NCBI GenBank assembly: GCA_016932045.1
Contig: JAFGDO010000030.1
Location: 10,172-74,171 of the forward strand
Length of the DNA: 64,000 nucleotides
Reading direction: 5' to 3'
From: Candidatus Dojkabacteria bacterium
Lineage (GTDB): Bacteria; Patescibacteriota; Dojkabacteria; JAHIVN01
In this document: in pieces, positions 8,258 to 17,669 of the stretch
Layout: the number at the start of each line of letters is the position of its first letter
Numbering within the stretch: the first letter of the stretch is position 1
Notes under the pieces: model-generated
Database searches by the model: none
Told to the model about the DNA's origin: nothing
What the model saw: the letters and a program-made list of their open reading frames with translations, nothing else
Position numbers and translations under genes: made by a program

Positions 8258-8704
8258 CTACCGCCATTTCTCCTTTAGCCACTTCTTGCTTTTTTTATAA
8301 ATCAGAAGTAATCCCCTTGCCTGCATCTCCCGGCGAATAAGTCCTCCCTTATGCGGATGATTAAACATTTGCTTAAGTGGTGAGAAAAATCCATGCGCGT
8401 AGTGAATCACCTCATGAGCAATAGTCGCCCTGATAACATACTCAGGCACTCTCGGACTTTTAAAAAGCGATGTTATGGTAATAAGTGTAACTCTCTTATC
8501 ATCCTGATAGTCAAAATCATCAAGTCTTTTTTTAATGATTGACTTTACGCGGGTATCTCTCTTTACCCATCTTATCGAGCCCAACTGCCTTTTTGCTTTC
8601 CTTCCGAACTTTATAAGCACTAGATTCTTTCGAGGAATATCATTAAAATGATCCTCCCAAAGTTCATACATAATTTGTTCAAGCCATTTGTTATCACGTT
8701 GCAT
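8258..8704 (-). CDS. SprT-like / DUF45-type zinc metallopeptidase
   Basis: 148 aa; HEVIH (HExxH) followed by a basic C-terminal region. Confidence 0.4.
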   Translation of the reverse strand: MQRDNKWLEQIMYELWEDHFNDIPRKNLVLIKFGRKAKRQLGSIRWVKRDTRVKSIIKKRLDDFDYQDDKRVTLITITSLFKSPRVPEYVIRATIAHEVIHYAHGFFSPLKQMFNHPHKGGLIRREMQARGLLLIYKKSKKWLKEKWR

Positions 8705-8791
8705 TTTATAAAGAATTACGGAATAAATTGTAGCAGATATACACTAGAATTATAGTCTTTTACTTACGAATTTGCTATAAATACATACACT

Positions 8792-9469
8792 ATGATAGGA
8801 AAAATTGTAAAAAAGATAAAGAACCTTAACTTGGATAAACTTCTAAAGAATTCTACTAGAATTTTCGTAGTTCTAATTCTTCTCATTCTTATTGCCCCAC
8901 TTATACTTTATGCTCTGACAAGCCACTCGCAAAAGGGTAAGATTTATAGAAATATTCAAGATGTCCCGGCAAGACGGGTAGCTATAGTTTTTGGTGCGGC
9001 AATTTGGAGTGATACTACCCCTTCCGATGTTCTTAGAGATAGAATTCTTACTGCCGTTGAATTATACAAGGCTGGAAAAGTTGAAAAAATCATTATGTCC
9101 GGTGACAACCGATTCGTAGACTACAATGAACCCGGTACAATGATTGATTTTGCTCAAAGTCAGGGTATTCCCGAAGATGTGCTACAGCCTGATTATGCCG
9201 GAAGGAGAACTTATGACACTTGCTACCGCGCAAAGTACATTTTTGGTCTTGAGGAAGCCATACTTGTTACTCAGGAATTCCATCTTACAAGAGCAATGTA
9301 CACCTGTAGTGCATTAGGAATAGACTCAATTGGAGTAGCTTCTGACCTTTCTGAGTATCCATCTATTAAGTATATGACGACAAGAGACCTCTATGCTCTC
9401 ACGCTTGCTTATCTTGATGTAAACTTGAGAAAGCCTTCTGTAGTTCTTGGAGAAGAAATAAGAATCTAA
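8792..9469 (+). CDS. SanA/YdcF/ElyC (DUF218) family protein
   Basis: N-terminal TM, then IIMSGDNRFVDYNEPGTM...DYAGRRTYDTCYRAKYIFG, which matches the DUF218 conserved core. Confidence 0.6.
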   Translation: MIGKIVKKIKNLNLDKLLKNSTRIFVVLILLILIAPLILYALTSHSQKGKIYRNIQDVPARRVAIVFGAAIWSDTTPSDVLRDRILTAVELYKAGKVEKIIMSGDNRFVDYNEPGTMIDFAQSQGIPEDVLQPDYAGRRTYDTCYRAKYIFGLEEAILVTQEFHLTRAMYTCSALGIDSIGVASDLSEYPSIKYMTTRDLYALTLAYLDVNLRKPSVVLGEEIRI

Positions 9470-9566
9470 CTTTAAGACGCCAGGGCGTTCAATTTTCTAC
9501 AACAAACTGATTTAAATTGCCGACTTAGCAGCTGATAGCTTTGCCACAAGAATCTATAAATTTCTA

Positions 9567-9652
9567 TTGACTTTTATCTCTGCTTATTATAAATTAAGGG
9601 TGGAAGGTGATTTGAGGCTTCGGCCAATTTGATCCTTCCATTTTTTTCGCCC
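9567..9652 (+). ncRNA. candidate tiny sRNA unit 1: TTGACT-N15-TATAAAT promoter, 7-bp stem with internal GGC-UUCG-GCC tetraloop hairpin, U7 tract
   Basis: TTGACT at 9567..9572, TATAAAT at 9588..9594. Stem TGGAAGG/CCTTCCA at 9601..9640, then TTTTTTT. Near-identical second copy at 9873..9960. Confidence 0.35.
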
Positions 9653-9872
9653 ATTTTCATTCTCCAGCCAAACAATCAACTCATCCAACAATTCTGCAAT
9701 CAATATATTCGATTGCCATACGATAGTATATACAAATGCACGTTCTATTGTATTATCTGTTATTAACTATGCAGTTATGCAACCATTCCCCTGTTCAACT
9801 TTTTATATCAACCAGTAGATTTGCGCTTCGGTTCCAAATATTTAAAGTCATAGAATAATATAATTAAAACCC

Positions 9873-9960
9873 TTGACTTCGGATATCAGATATTATAAAT
9901 TAGAGGTGGATGGTGATATGAGGCTTCGGCCAATTTGATCCATCCACTTTTTTTTGCCCC
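9873..9960 (+). ncRNA. candidate tiny sRNA unit 2 (paralog of 9567..9652)
   Basis: Same promoter spacing. Stem GTGGATGG/CCATCCAC shows an A-to-T change on one arm compensated by T-to-A on the other, relative to copy 1. Followed by T8. Confidence 0.35.
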
Positions 9961-10041
9961 TCTTCTCCCCACTTACATCAAAACCCTGTAACAATGGAAT
10001 CATTTGACTATCCGACAATTAAACAATTTAGCTATATACCT

Positions 10042-11277
10042 TTACTCTACTTCCAGTTCATTGCTCCTACATATCTTTGCAAAAAATTTCGAACTTGGAC
10101 GTATAATTCGCTTTAAATTCTTATCATAATCAATCTTCACAAGTCCAAATCCTGGACCCCTGCCCAAGTGCCACTCCACATTATCCATAAGACTCCAGTG
10201 AATGTAGCCTCGAACATTAACTCCATCCTGAATTGCTTTATAAACATTAATCAAAGTTTCTTGGATAAATTCTTTCCGGAATTTGTCTTCTCTATCAGCA
10301 ATACCATTCTCTGTAATAATTATTGGCGCATCTAGTTTGGAAAGATCCTTCAAAACATGATATATGCCCTCCGGGTAGATATCCCAGCCTATATCATTCC
10401 TAGGATATTTCGTATCGACGTGCTTTTCAACACCATACTCATCCGCAAAGAATAGATAATTTCCACCAATTTTAAAATTTATCCTCGTATGAACATAATA
10501 TTGTAGTCCAAAGAAATCTAAATAGTCCTTTACCTTATTTATAAATTTCTTGTTCAGAAAGTAATTGGCAAGAAGAGAGGCAAACTTGTCTAGTACTGAG
10601 TTTTCATTCAAGGCAGAGATATAAGAATAATTATGAGAGTACCCAACTTGAGCATCCTTGAAATGCCGATGAATCTGGAAATAGGTTTCCCTATGAACAT
10701 AGGCTAAGTTGTCTAAAACTTTTAAATAAGTAACTGCTTTCTTGATCTTTCCTGGAGGGAAATACCCTGAGTAATACCCGTTTCCGGCATATATGTTCGG
10801 TTCATTCATCGTAATCCAGAAATCAATTTCTTCACCAAGCTCTTGAGCAATATAATCCACGAACCTCAAAAAATATTCTGCGTTTTCTCGTTTTTCAAAG
10901 CTTCCCTTTCTCGTAAACCAAATCGGAAGAGTGAAGTGAAAAAGAGTTGCCATGACTTTCATGCCTCTTTTCTTAAGTGCTTGAATTACGCTCTTATAGT
11001 GTTCTATTGCCCCAGGATCGAAATTACCTTCAGAGGGTTCAATTCTTGACCATTCAACAGAAAAACGGTGTACATTATGGTTTAGCTTCTTTGCTAAATC
11101 AAAATCTTCTTCATACCTATTGTAATGATCTACTGCAATTCCAGAAAGCTCTTTTGTCTTTCCTTCCTGTTCAAACTCCCACCAGTTGTTATTCTTGTTG
11201 TTCCCTTCTACTTGGTGAGCAGAAGTCGCTGCACCCCATAAAAAGCCCCGAGGGAATTCTAAAGTTTTCGCCATCAA
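10042..11277 (-). CDS. glycoside hydrolase family 1 beta-glucosidase (cytoplasmic)
   Basis: 411 aa. ITENG nucleophile motif and TMNEP acid/base motif. Typical GH1 N-terminus FLWGAATSAHQVEG. Confidence 0.85.
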   Translation of the reverse strand: MMAKTLEFPRGFLWGAATSAHQVEGNNKNNNWWEFEQEGKTKELSGIAVDHYNRYEEDFDLAKKLNHNVHRFSVEWSRIEPSEGNFDPGAIEHYKSVIQALKKRGMKVMATLFHFTLPIWFTRKGSFEKRENAEYFLRFVDYIAQELGEEIDFWITMNEPNIYAGNGYYSGYFPPGKIKKAVTYLKVLDNLAYVHRETYFQIHRHFKDAQVGYSHNYSYISALNENSVLDKFASLLANYFLNKKFINKVKDYLDFFGLQYYVHTRINFKIGGNYLFFADEYGVEKHVDTKYPRNDIGWDIYPEGIYHVLKDLSKLDAPIIITENGIADREDKFRKEFIQETLINVYKAIQDGVNVRGYIHWSLMDNVEWHLGRGPGFGLVKIDYDKNLKRIIRPSSKFFAKICRSNELEVE

Positions 11278-11286
11278 AATTGATTC

Positions 11287-11520
11287 TTAATAAGCGGAAA
11301 CATTCCCAAGCATGCTGCCGCAAAATGCGCAAACTGAACACAAAACCAGGACCGCCAAAAAGACAAGCAAGGCGATAAGGATCGCCGAAGTTCCTTCATT
11401 TTTCTTACTTGCCAAGATGAAGTATGCAACTACTCCACCTATCAGTGCAAAGGGAAGCGCACAACAGACGGATGTGCATATTCCTCCGGTTAATCTTCCT
11501 AGTTCGAAATATGGATCCAT
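11287..11520 (-). CDS. hypothetical small 2-TM membrane protein
   Basis: 77 aa, two hydrophobic helices, several Cys. Lies between the two GH1 genes on the same strand. Confidence 0.3.
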   Translation of the reverse strand: MDPYFELGRLTGGICTSVCCALPFALIGGVVAYFILASKKNEGTSAILIALLVFLAVLVLCSVCAFCGSMLGNVSAY

Positions 11521-11563
11521 GTTTCAATTAATAATTAAAAATTAAGGATTTAGAATTGAGAAT

Positions 11564-12907
11564 TTATAGTTCATCGTTATAAACACAGTTGCATCCCGCA
11601 ATCAGAGCATACTCCCAGGATTCATCTTTTATAGTACGTTCCTGTGTTTCAAGATTAACGTCAATCAAGCCAAATTCAGCATCATACCCTTCGGACCATT
11701 CAAAACAATCAAGCAGAGACCAATAATAAAAACCGCGAACATCTACTCCGTCCTGAATTGCATAATACATCTCACGCACGTGTTCCCTTATGAACTGATT
11801 TCTATCGATTTCGTGATAATCGGGGACACCAATCTCGGTAATGTAGATTGGCTTTTCATACCTTTTGTATTTTAATAGTACTTCATACAAACCTTCAGGG
11901 TAGTACGCTCTGTCTAAACTTTGATTCTCAATTTCTTCAGGATCCTTAGTTAAGACATCCTTTGCTAAAGACAGGTTAATCGACTGTTTATAGTAATAAT
12001 GGACACCAATAAAATCCAGTTCATCCTTTACAATATCAATTAAGTAATGCACCCATGCATAGTCAATGGTAGAAGCGATAATATTCTCAAGTATATTCTT
12101 TTCATGATACGGTACGATGTATGAAGAGTGTTCTGCTATCCCAACTTGAGCATTAGCATCTTTTTCATGGATGATGCTGTATGCTTCCTTATGAGCTAGG
12201 GTAAGATTTGAGAATAAGCCCGGAACCTGAGTAAGGTCCTGCTTTGCGGGAGGCCATTTGGCCGAGACATAACCGCAGGTAATGTATGCCATAGGTTCAT
12301 TCATTGTAAGCCACAATTCAACTTCTTCACTAAGATTCGCAACAACATAATTGACATATTCGGTATAGTAATCTACATTCTCACCTCTCTCCCAACCTCC
12401 TAAATCCTCAAACCAAGCCGGGACAGAATGATGCCAAAGTGTGACCATCGGCTTTATATCTCGATCCTTAAGTGCCTGTAAAACATCCCTATAGTGTTCT
12501 ATCTCCTTCTCGTCAAATTCTCCCTTTTGTGGCTCGATCCTCGACCACTCTATTGAAAAGCGATAGGAATTTAGACTCAACTTGCTAGCAAGATCGAAAT
12601 CCTCCTCATACCTCCCATAGTGATTAATTATCCCATCAGTTCTATCCCCATTCTTTATCCTGCCTTCTTCCTGCTCGAATCGCCACCAGCTGCTATTTAC
12701 ATTCCCTCCTTCTACCTGATAAGAAGCTGTTGCAGCACCCCAAAGGAAATTCTCAGGAAAGATTAGTATCTCCTCATCAGAAATTTCATGACCGTGAGGA
12801 TTATTGTATTTAAAGGACAAGACAGAGCAAAAAGAGGACATGAGACAACAAAAAAGCATTGTTATGACAATAATTATCACTAAAACGTTTTTATTCAATG
12901 ATTTCAT
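11564..12907 (-). CDS. glycoside hydrolase family 1 beta-glycosidase with N-terminal signal/anchor (secreted paralog)
   Basis: 447 aa. N-terminal hydrophobic segment, FLWGAATASYQVEG, LTMNEP acid/base, ITEIG nucleophile region. Confidence 0.8.
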   Translation of the reverse strand: MKSLNKNVLVIIIVITMLFCCLMSSFCSVLSFKYNNPHGHEISDEEILIFPENFLWGAATASYQVEGGNVNSSWWRFEQEEGRIKNGDRTDGIINHYGRYEEDFDLASKLSLNSYRFSIEWSRIEPQKGEFDEKEIEHYRDVLQALKDRDIKPMVTLWHHSVPAWFEDLGGWERGENVDYYTEYVNYVVANLSEEVELWLTMNEPMAYITCGYVSAKWPPAKQDLTQVPGLFSNLTLAHKEAYSIIHEKDANAQVGIAEHSSYIVPYHEKNILENIIASTIDYAWVHYLIDIVKDELDFIGVHYYYKQSINLSLAKDVLTKDPEEIENQSLDRAYYPEGLYEVLLKYKRYEKPIYITEIGVPDYHEIDRNQFIREHVREMYYAIQDGVDVRGFYYWSLLDCFEWSEGYDAEFGLIDVNLETQERTIKDESWEYALIAGCNCVYNDEL

Positions 12908-12972
12908 AACGTAATATTTACATAAGAAATTGCAGGCTTAATTGTAACATACAAAATAGCTTTGAGGAATTC

Positions 12973-13335
12973 TTAAAAGGTTTGAGTAAGGTACAATTCA
13001 GTAATATCATCCACTTGTAAACCTTTAGCTTCCATGACATCTTTTAAAACGTTACTTTCCCGTAGCGCTTCTAAACCCACACTAAAATTAACTTGTCTAG
13101 CACGTCTATATGCTCTAGAAGTCCACAATTCTTCAACTTTTCCTTTAACCTCGCAGTCTAGTGTAACACGCCCTGCATAATCCATCGTAACCCTGTCATC
13201 ACCTTCCCGTTGATATGCTACACTCACGCTTACTAGTGTTCCTACTGGTAATACCACTTCTCTTCCGCTTCTTTGAGCTTCTCTAAGTGTTGCGATATAT
13301 TGTCCTGGAAATATTTCTGTTTGTTCGGTATTCAT
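12973..13335 (-). CDS. hypothetical protein, Lys-poor/Arg-rich
   Basis: 120 aa complete ORF. Composition unlike neighbours. No confident family assignment. Confidence 0.4.
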   Translation of the reverse strand: MNTEQTEIFPGQYIATLREAQRSGREVVLPVGTLVSVSVAYQREGDDRVTMDYAGRVTLDCEVKGKVEELWTSRAYRRARQVNFSVGLEALRESNVLKDVMEAKGLQVDDITELYLTQTF

Positions 13336-13648
13336 TGCAAATGTATGTTCATACTTTTATAAAATCTAGGGCTTTCCAGCAAAGGAAGGTAATTTTACCA
13401 TAATTGGAGGCATATTGCCTGCTCTTATATATGTACTCTGGAATCACCAGGATATAGAATCAACTTTTAAAGAGGACTTAAAGGACAAGTAAGCTGTAAT
13501 AAAAGAAGGAGGGATATATGTTACTGATACAACAGTGTGCAGAAAAGTAAATGAGCAATTAGAAATCATAGAACAGAAACGATGGCTCTCTGTCTAATAA
13601 ACCCCACACCTTATGCCTTTTACTTTTTACCTTCTACCTTTCCCCATC

Positions 13649-14617
13649 TTACACTGTCCTTGTTGCTTCCCACTTTCCATGAACATTGCAGTAGACAACA
13701 GCTTTTAATGTCATTCCAGCTGCTAACGCTACTTGGAATTCAGCTTCAGGTACCGGATTATCTTTTGGGGTAAGTTCCTGTTTACCGATTGACTGTTCAT
13801 TTGCAAGTAATTCTATCGACTGAATGTAGTGACTATCCTCCATAACATGAGGAATCATACCTACCTTTACCTTTACGCTTACTGACTGGCCCATCTCATA
13901 ATCATCCGGCATCACAATGATAGGTTCATGAGTCTTTTTCAATTCATCTGTAGCAGCAACCGGTCCTTTTTCTTCAGCCGCTGCTGTAGTAAGCGGTGTT
14001 GGTATAGGTTGTGCCGGTTGTTCCGCTGCCTTTTCTTCTGGTGCTGCAGCCTGTTCTGTAGGCAATGGTGAAACTCCCGTCCCTGGCTCTGTCACTTCCT
14101 CTGGTTGTACGGGCTCCTCAGCAGGCATACTAGGTAAACTTGTCGGCGTTACTGGCTCTGGAGTTTGAGCCGGTGCCTGCACAGACACTTCACCTGGCAT
14201 AGCACTATCACTAACTGGTGGAACAGAAACCTGACCTTCCATAGCAGGTTGTTCTTCTTTTGGTTCCTCGGAAGCTCCTGTTAAGCCGGTTGGCTGATCT
14301 TCTGAAGTCATCGCAACACCTCCAACAGGTGACACTGTAGTCTCGGATGGAGTAACCGTTCCTTCTACTAAAGGCTTAAGCGAATCATCAGTTCCTGGTT
14401 CTCCAACTGGAGGACTCACTGCTTTTGCCATATCTGGAGCTACAGGCTCTGGTACTACTCCAGGCTGTGTTGGTTCCTGAGGTAAACCCCCCGGAGTCAC
14501 TCCCGACTGACCTGTAACGCCTGGCGAAACTGCCTGATCCCCTCCACCTACCGGAGAAGTGGGAACACTTGTATCACCTAAAGGATTTACCGGCGGATTT
14601 GTTGTCTGATCATCCAT
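13649..14617 (-). CDS. superoxide reductase (desulfoferrodoxin/neelaredoxin-type Fe centre) domain fused to a roughly 220-aa Pro/Thr/Glu/Val-rich N-terminal low-complexity region
   Basis: C-terminal roughly 100 aa carry the ligand pattern H(THEP)...H(IPHV)...H(SHYIQSIEL)...C-N-V-H-G-K-W, which is the classic SOR CN.HG.W motif. The N-terminal two-thirds are low complexity. Confidence 0.6.
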   Translation of the reverse strand: MDDQTTNPPVNPLGDTSVPTSPVGGGDQAVSPGVTGQSGVTPGGLPQEPTQPGVVPEPVAPDMAKAVSPPVGEPGTDDSLKPLVEGTVTPSETTVSPVGGVAMTSEDQPTGLTGASEEPKEEQPAMEGQVSVPPVSDSAMPGEVSVQAPAQTPEPVTPTSLPSMPAEEPVQPEEVTEPGTGVSPLPTEQAAAPEEKAAEQPAQPIPTPLTTAAAEEKGPVAATDELKKTHEPIIVMPDDYEMGQSVSVKVKVGMIPHVMEDSHYIQSIELLANEQSIGKQELTPKDNPVPEAEFQVALAAGMTLKAVVYCNVHGKWEATRTV

Positions 14618-15031
14618 GATTATTTTTTTATAATTTATCTAGAAAATTAATCCTAATTCCAGGATAACTATACTAGGATATGATAACAAAGGTCAAGCAT
14701 GATTGCAAAACTAGAGTACAAAATTAAGTGTTATAAATGGTTTTAAAAGGGCGTTTTATATCTACCACCTTTAATCAAAGTTTTCTCTGAGAAACTCCAA
14801 TGCCAGAAGAGGAATTTGATTTCTCACCTCACCTATTAAGTTCCGGGATCCCTACTTGGGACAAAATTATTGACCGAAACGTAGCGATCTCACATGCTCG
14901 ACAGCTTGGATTAGGTACATTTAAGACCAGTTCACTGCACTCAATATAGTAGCAAATCAAGCAATGATAGAAGGTAAAACAGTGGCTCAGTTGCTCATAG
15001 ATCTAGACAGAGGATAATCTACTTAAATAGT

Positions 15032-15757
15032 TCACGATAAACTAAACTGCGTTATCAGATAAGAGGAAATAACTGCTGCTGTTTCAGCCCGTAAAGTAAA
15101 ATCCCCGAGATTAAGAATCTTAAAGCTTTTACTTTTTGCTAACAGAACCTCATTGTCATCCCACCCCCCTTCAGGCCCAATCCAAATACCCACCCTACGT
15201 CCGTCGCTATTTCCCGCAGTATTTATACCGTTTCCCTTTAAATGCTCACCACTTACATCAAAAAAATAATTGTTGTCATGTTCCTTTGCCTCTTTAACCG
15301 CTTCGCTAAACTTGATTGGGTTATACAACTTCGGCACAATTCCTCTACCAGCCTGTTCAGCAGCTTCCCTTATAATTTTTTCCAGCCGTTCAGGACGTAC
15401 CTTTAACTTCACAGTATGCCTACAAATTAGAGGTACCACTTCTGATACTCCAACCTCCGTGGCTTTCTGAACAACCAATTCAAAGTTGCTCCGTTTTAAA
15501 ATTGAACAATAAAGAATAGCATAAATATTCGGCTCTTTTTCATTCTTTCCCCTATTGATGACTTCTACCTCAACAACTCCTTCCTTAAATTCCACTATCT
15601 TAACTTCAGCTTCATTTAAATCCCCATCACACAATATAAATCTCCCGCCACTTCCTAGACGCAAAACACTTCTGACCTGTCTAAAGATAGCCTCGTCTTT
15701 AATTCTAATATATTTTTTTGTCAGATCAAAATCACCAAAAAACCTATTTATCTGCAT
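15032..15757 (-). CDS. rsmE: 16S rRNA (uracil1498-N3)-methyltransferase RsmE
   Basis: 241 aa. N-terminal PUA-like part and C-terminal SPOUT knot region (GPEGGW, LRAETAA). Confidence 0.7.
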   Translation of the reverse strand: MQINRFFGDFDLTKKYIRIKDEAIFRQVRSVLRLGSGGRFILCDGDLNEAEVKIVEFKEGVVEVEVINRGKNEKEPNIYAILYCSILKRSNFELVVQKATEVGVSEVVPLICRHTVKLKVRPERLEKIIREAAEQAGRGIVPKLYNPIKFSEAVKEAKEHDNNYFFDVSGEHLKGNGINTAGNSDGRRVGIWIGPEGGWDDNEVLLAKSKSFKILNLGDFTLRAETAAVISSYLITQFSLS

Positions 15758-15836
15758 CTAGCTAGTGGGGTTTAAATTTAATAAAGAGATCAAAATCCCA
15801 TAAGATATTCTTCCCTAATTTGAATACTACTTTCCC

Positions 15837-16106
15837 TTATTTTTCCCAATGAGCTTCAGCCTCTTTCTCCATCTTATCGAGCCGGTCATAGTAATCGGGA
15901 AACTCATTTAAGTGTGCAAGTGCGATTTTACCAGTAACCAAAGGGTCATCATTGCTTACATTCGTTTCGGGATCACGTCTGCCATGTTCAAGTTCGACAT
16001 CCATCCCCATTCTGAATTGATCAACGTCAAACTTACTCCAATCTACTCCCAGTTCATCCCCCACGCTTTTTGCCTCCTCGTTTGTGAAATTTGATTTAGC
16101 ACTCAT
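15837..16106 (-). CDS. conserved hypothetical small acidic protein (VELEHG...KIALAHL...PDYY motif)
   Basis: 89 aa complete ORF. Motif pattern resembles a small conserved family of unknown function. Confidence 0.4.
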   Translation of the reverse strand: MSAKSNFTNEEAKSVGDELGVDWSKFDVDQFRMGMDVELEHGRRDPETNVSNDDPLVTGKIALAHLNEFPDYYDRLDKMEKEAEAHWEK

Positions 16107-16192
16107 AGGTTTATATTAATAATTTAAATACCCGTTGTTTAACATCTGCCAATCGCAATTTGCTGCGTGCCCTGAGCGTGCCGAGGGGCTTG

Positions 16193-16405
16193 CTAATAAC
16201 TTCCCCTTATCTTTTCAACTTTCACCTCAAGTCCTGTAAGTTCCTTTTTTATCTCTCGGATAAGCTTTGCACCCTTTTCATATTCTCCTATACCATCCTC
16301 AATATCAAGCTTACCAGCCTCAAATCGTTTTATGACATTTTCAAGTTCCTTTAGCTTTTCATCAATTTTTACTCCCTTTTGTTTTCCCATATTTGATTCT
16401 TTCAC
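16193..16405 (-). CDS. xseB: exodeoxyribonuclease VII small subunit
   Basis: About 65-70 aa helical protein with LEEIVKKLE-like pattern (LKELENVIKRFEAGKLDIEDGIGEYEKGAKLI), immediately downstream of xseA. Start may be the Met at 16387. Confidence 0.7.
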   Translation of the reverse strand: MKESNMGKQKGVKIDEKLKELENVIKRFEAGKLDIEDGIGEYEKGAKLIREIKKELTGLEVKVEKIRGSY

Positions 16406-17669
16406 TAATCTTATTTATCTTAGCATCTAAAGCCCCATCAGTTAATAGTGCATTTACTTCATCATCTACATTCACATCTTTCACTGATAATATCCTTCTA
16501 TCCTGCTTTGTAAGAATTGAAAATCCGCGAGCCAAGGTATTTGAGATATTATAAGAACTCAAGATCCTCTCAAGTGATTTCAAATTATTCCTAAGATTTA
16601 AAAAGAGTCTCTGTATTCCTTCTTCAAGGGGAACCACAACAGACTCCATTGATCTTTGTCTCTCCCGAAGTAACTCCTTCATAAATTCATCAATTTCATC
16701 TCCTTGCTCTACAAGAAAATCAACAAATTTGTTGTTTTGTTCAACTATATAATACGCAGCCTGTGATGGGGTTGATGCTCTTATATCTGCAACAAAGTCC
16801 GCGATGCTTTCATCCTTTTCATGGCCAACACCTGCAATGATAGGCTTGGGTGATGAGAATATTAAACGAGCAAGCTCTTCGTCATTGAAGCTTTTCAAGT
16901 CCTCTAAGCTTCCTCCCCCCCTTGTCAAAACAATTAAGTCTACATTCGTGTTTCTTGCTTCAATAAGTGCGTCCGATATATTTTTAACTGACTGCTTACC
17001 TTGTACAAGGACCGGATAATATAAGATTTCAACACAAGTATTATTTTCTTTAAGAATTTTTATAAAATCCGAATAAGCTGCAGAGTCTTCACCTGTCAAA
17101 AGCGCAACCCTCGTGATAAATCTAGGCAACTCTTGTTTGTGCTCAAGAGCGAATAAGCCTTCTTCTTCAAGTTTCTCCTTCAGTTTCTGATAAGCAATTG
17201 CAAGAGAACCTTCGCCAATTGGCTCGATAGCTAGGGCTGAAAGTGAAAAAGAGCCATATGGGACGTATAAATCTGCAACACCAATTACAACCACATCCAT
17301 ATCTTTCTCGATTAAGTCTATGCCCTTCACATTCGGAGCATAGCCGCCGATTCGCAAATTTGCCTTGCCATCCGATAGGGTTATATTTACCCCTTGGTTT
17401 CTCGTAATATTGAACTCTGTAACCTCTCCCTTAATGCGAAACACACCCAGACTCTTTAAGACATCTTTAATCAGAGAGTTAAACTTGGAAACAGAGAGAA
17501 CCTCATCAGAAAAAGGCATTCCAAATGGACGATCCAAAAGATTTACTTTGTCGTTTAGCTTATTCATACTCAAATAATAGTTTATATCAGATTCTACAAT
17601 CTTTAAAACAGGAATGGAAATAATTTCTATCAGATACCCACTGGCTAGGATTACTTCTGATATATTCAC
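16362..17669 (-). CDS. xseA: exodeoxyribonuclease VII large subunit
   Basis: OB-fold N-terminus (LSVSKFNSLIKDVL...V.GEVTEF), catalytic core and C-terminal coiled coil. True start probably Met at 17567 (MNKLNDK). Confidence 0.8.
   Translation of the reverse strand: MNISEVILASGYLIEIISIPVLKIVESDINYYLSMNKLNDKVNLLDRPFGMPFSDEVLSVSKFNSLIKDVLKSLGVFRIKGEVTEFNITRNQGVNITLSDGKANLRIGGYAPNVKGIDLIEKDMDVVVIGVADLYVPYGSFSLSALAIEPIGEGSLAIAYQKLKEKLEEEGLFALEHKQELPRFITRVALLTGEDSAAYSDFIKILKENNTCVEILYYPVLVQGKQSVKNISDALIEARNTNVDLIVLTRGGGSLEDLKSFNDEELARLIFSSPKPIIAGVGHEKDESIADFVADIRASTPSQAAYYIVEQNNKFVDFLVEQGDEIDEFMKELLRERQRSMESVVVPLEEGIQRLFLNLRNNLKSLERILSSYNISNTLARGFSILTKQDRRILSVKDVNVDDEVNALLTDGALDAKINKISERIKYGKTKGSKN

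Noticed and set aside
12973-13335. PilZ-domain assignment for the 120-aa Arg-rich protein
   Set aside because: An RRAR-like block and an N.S.G block exist, but in the wrong order and spacing for PilZ.
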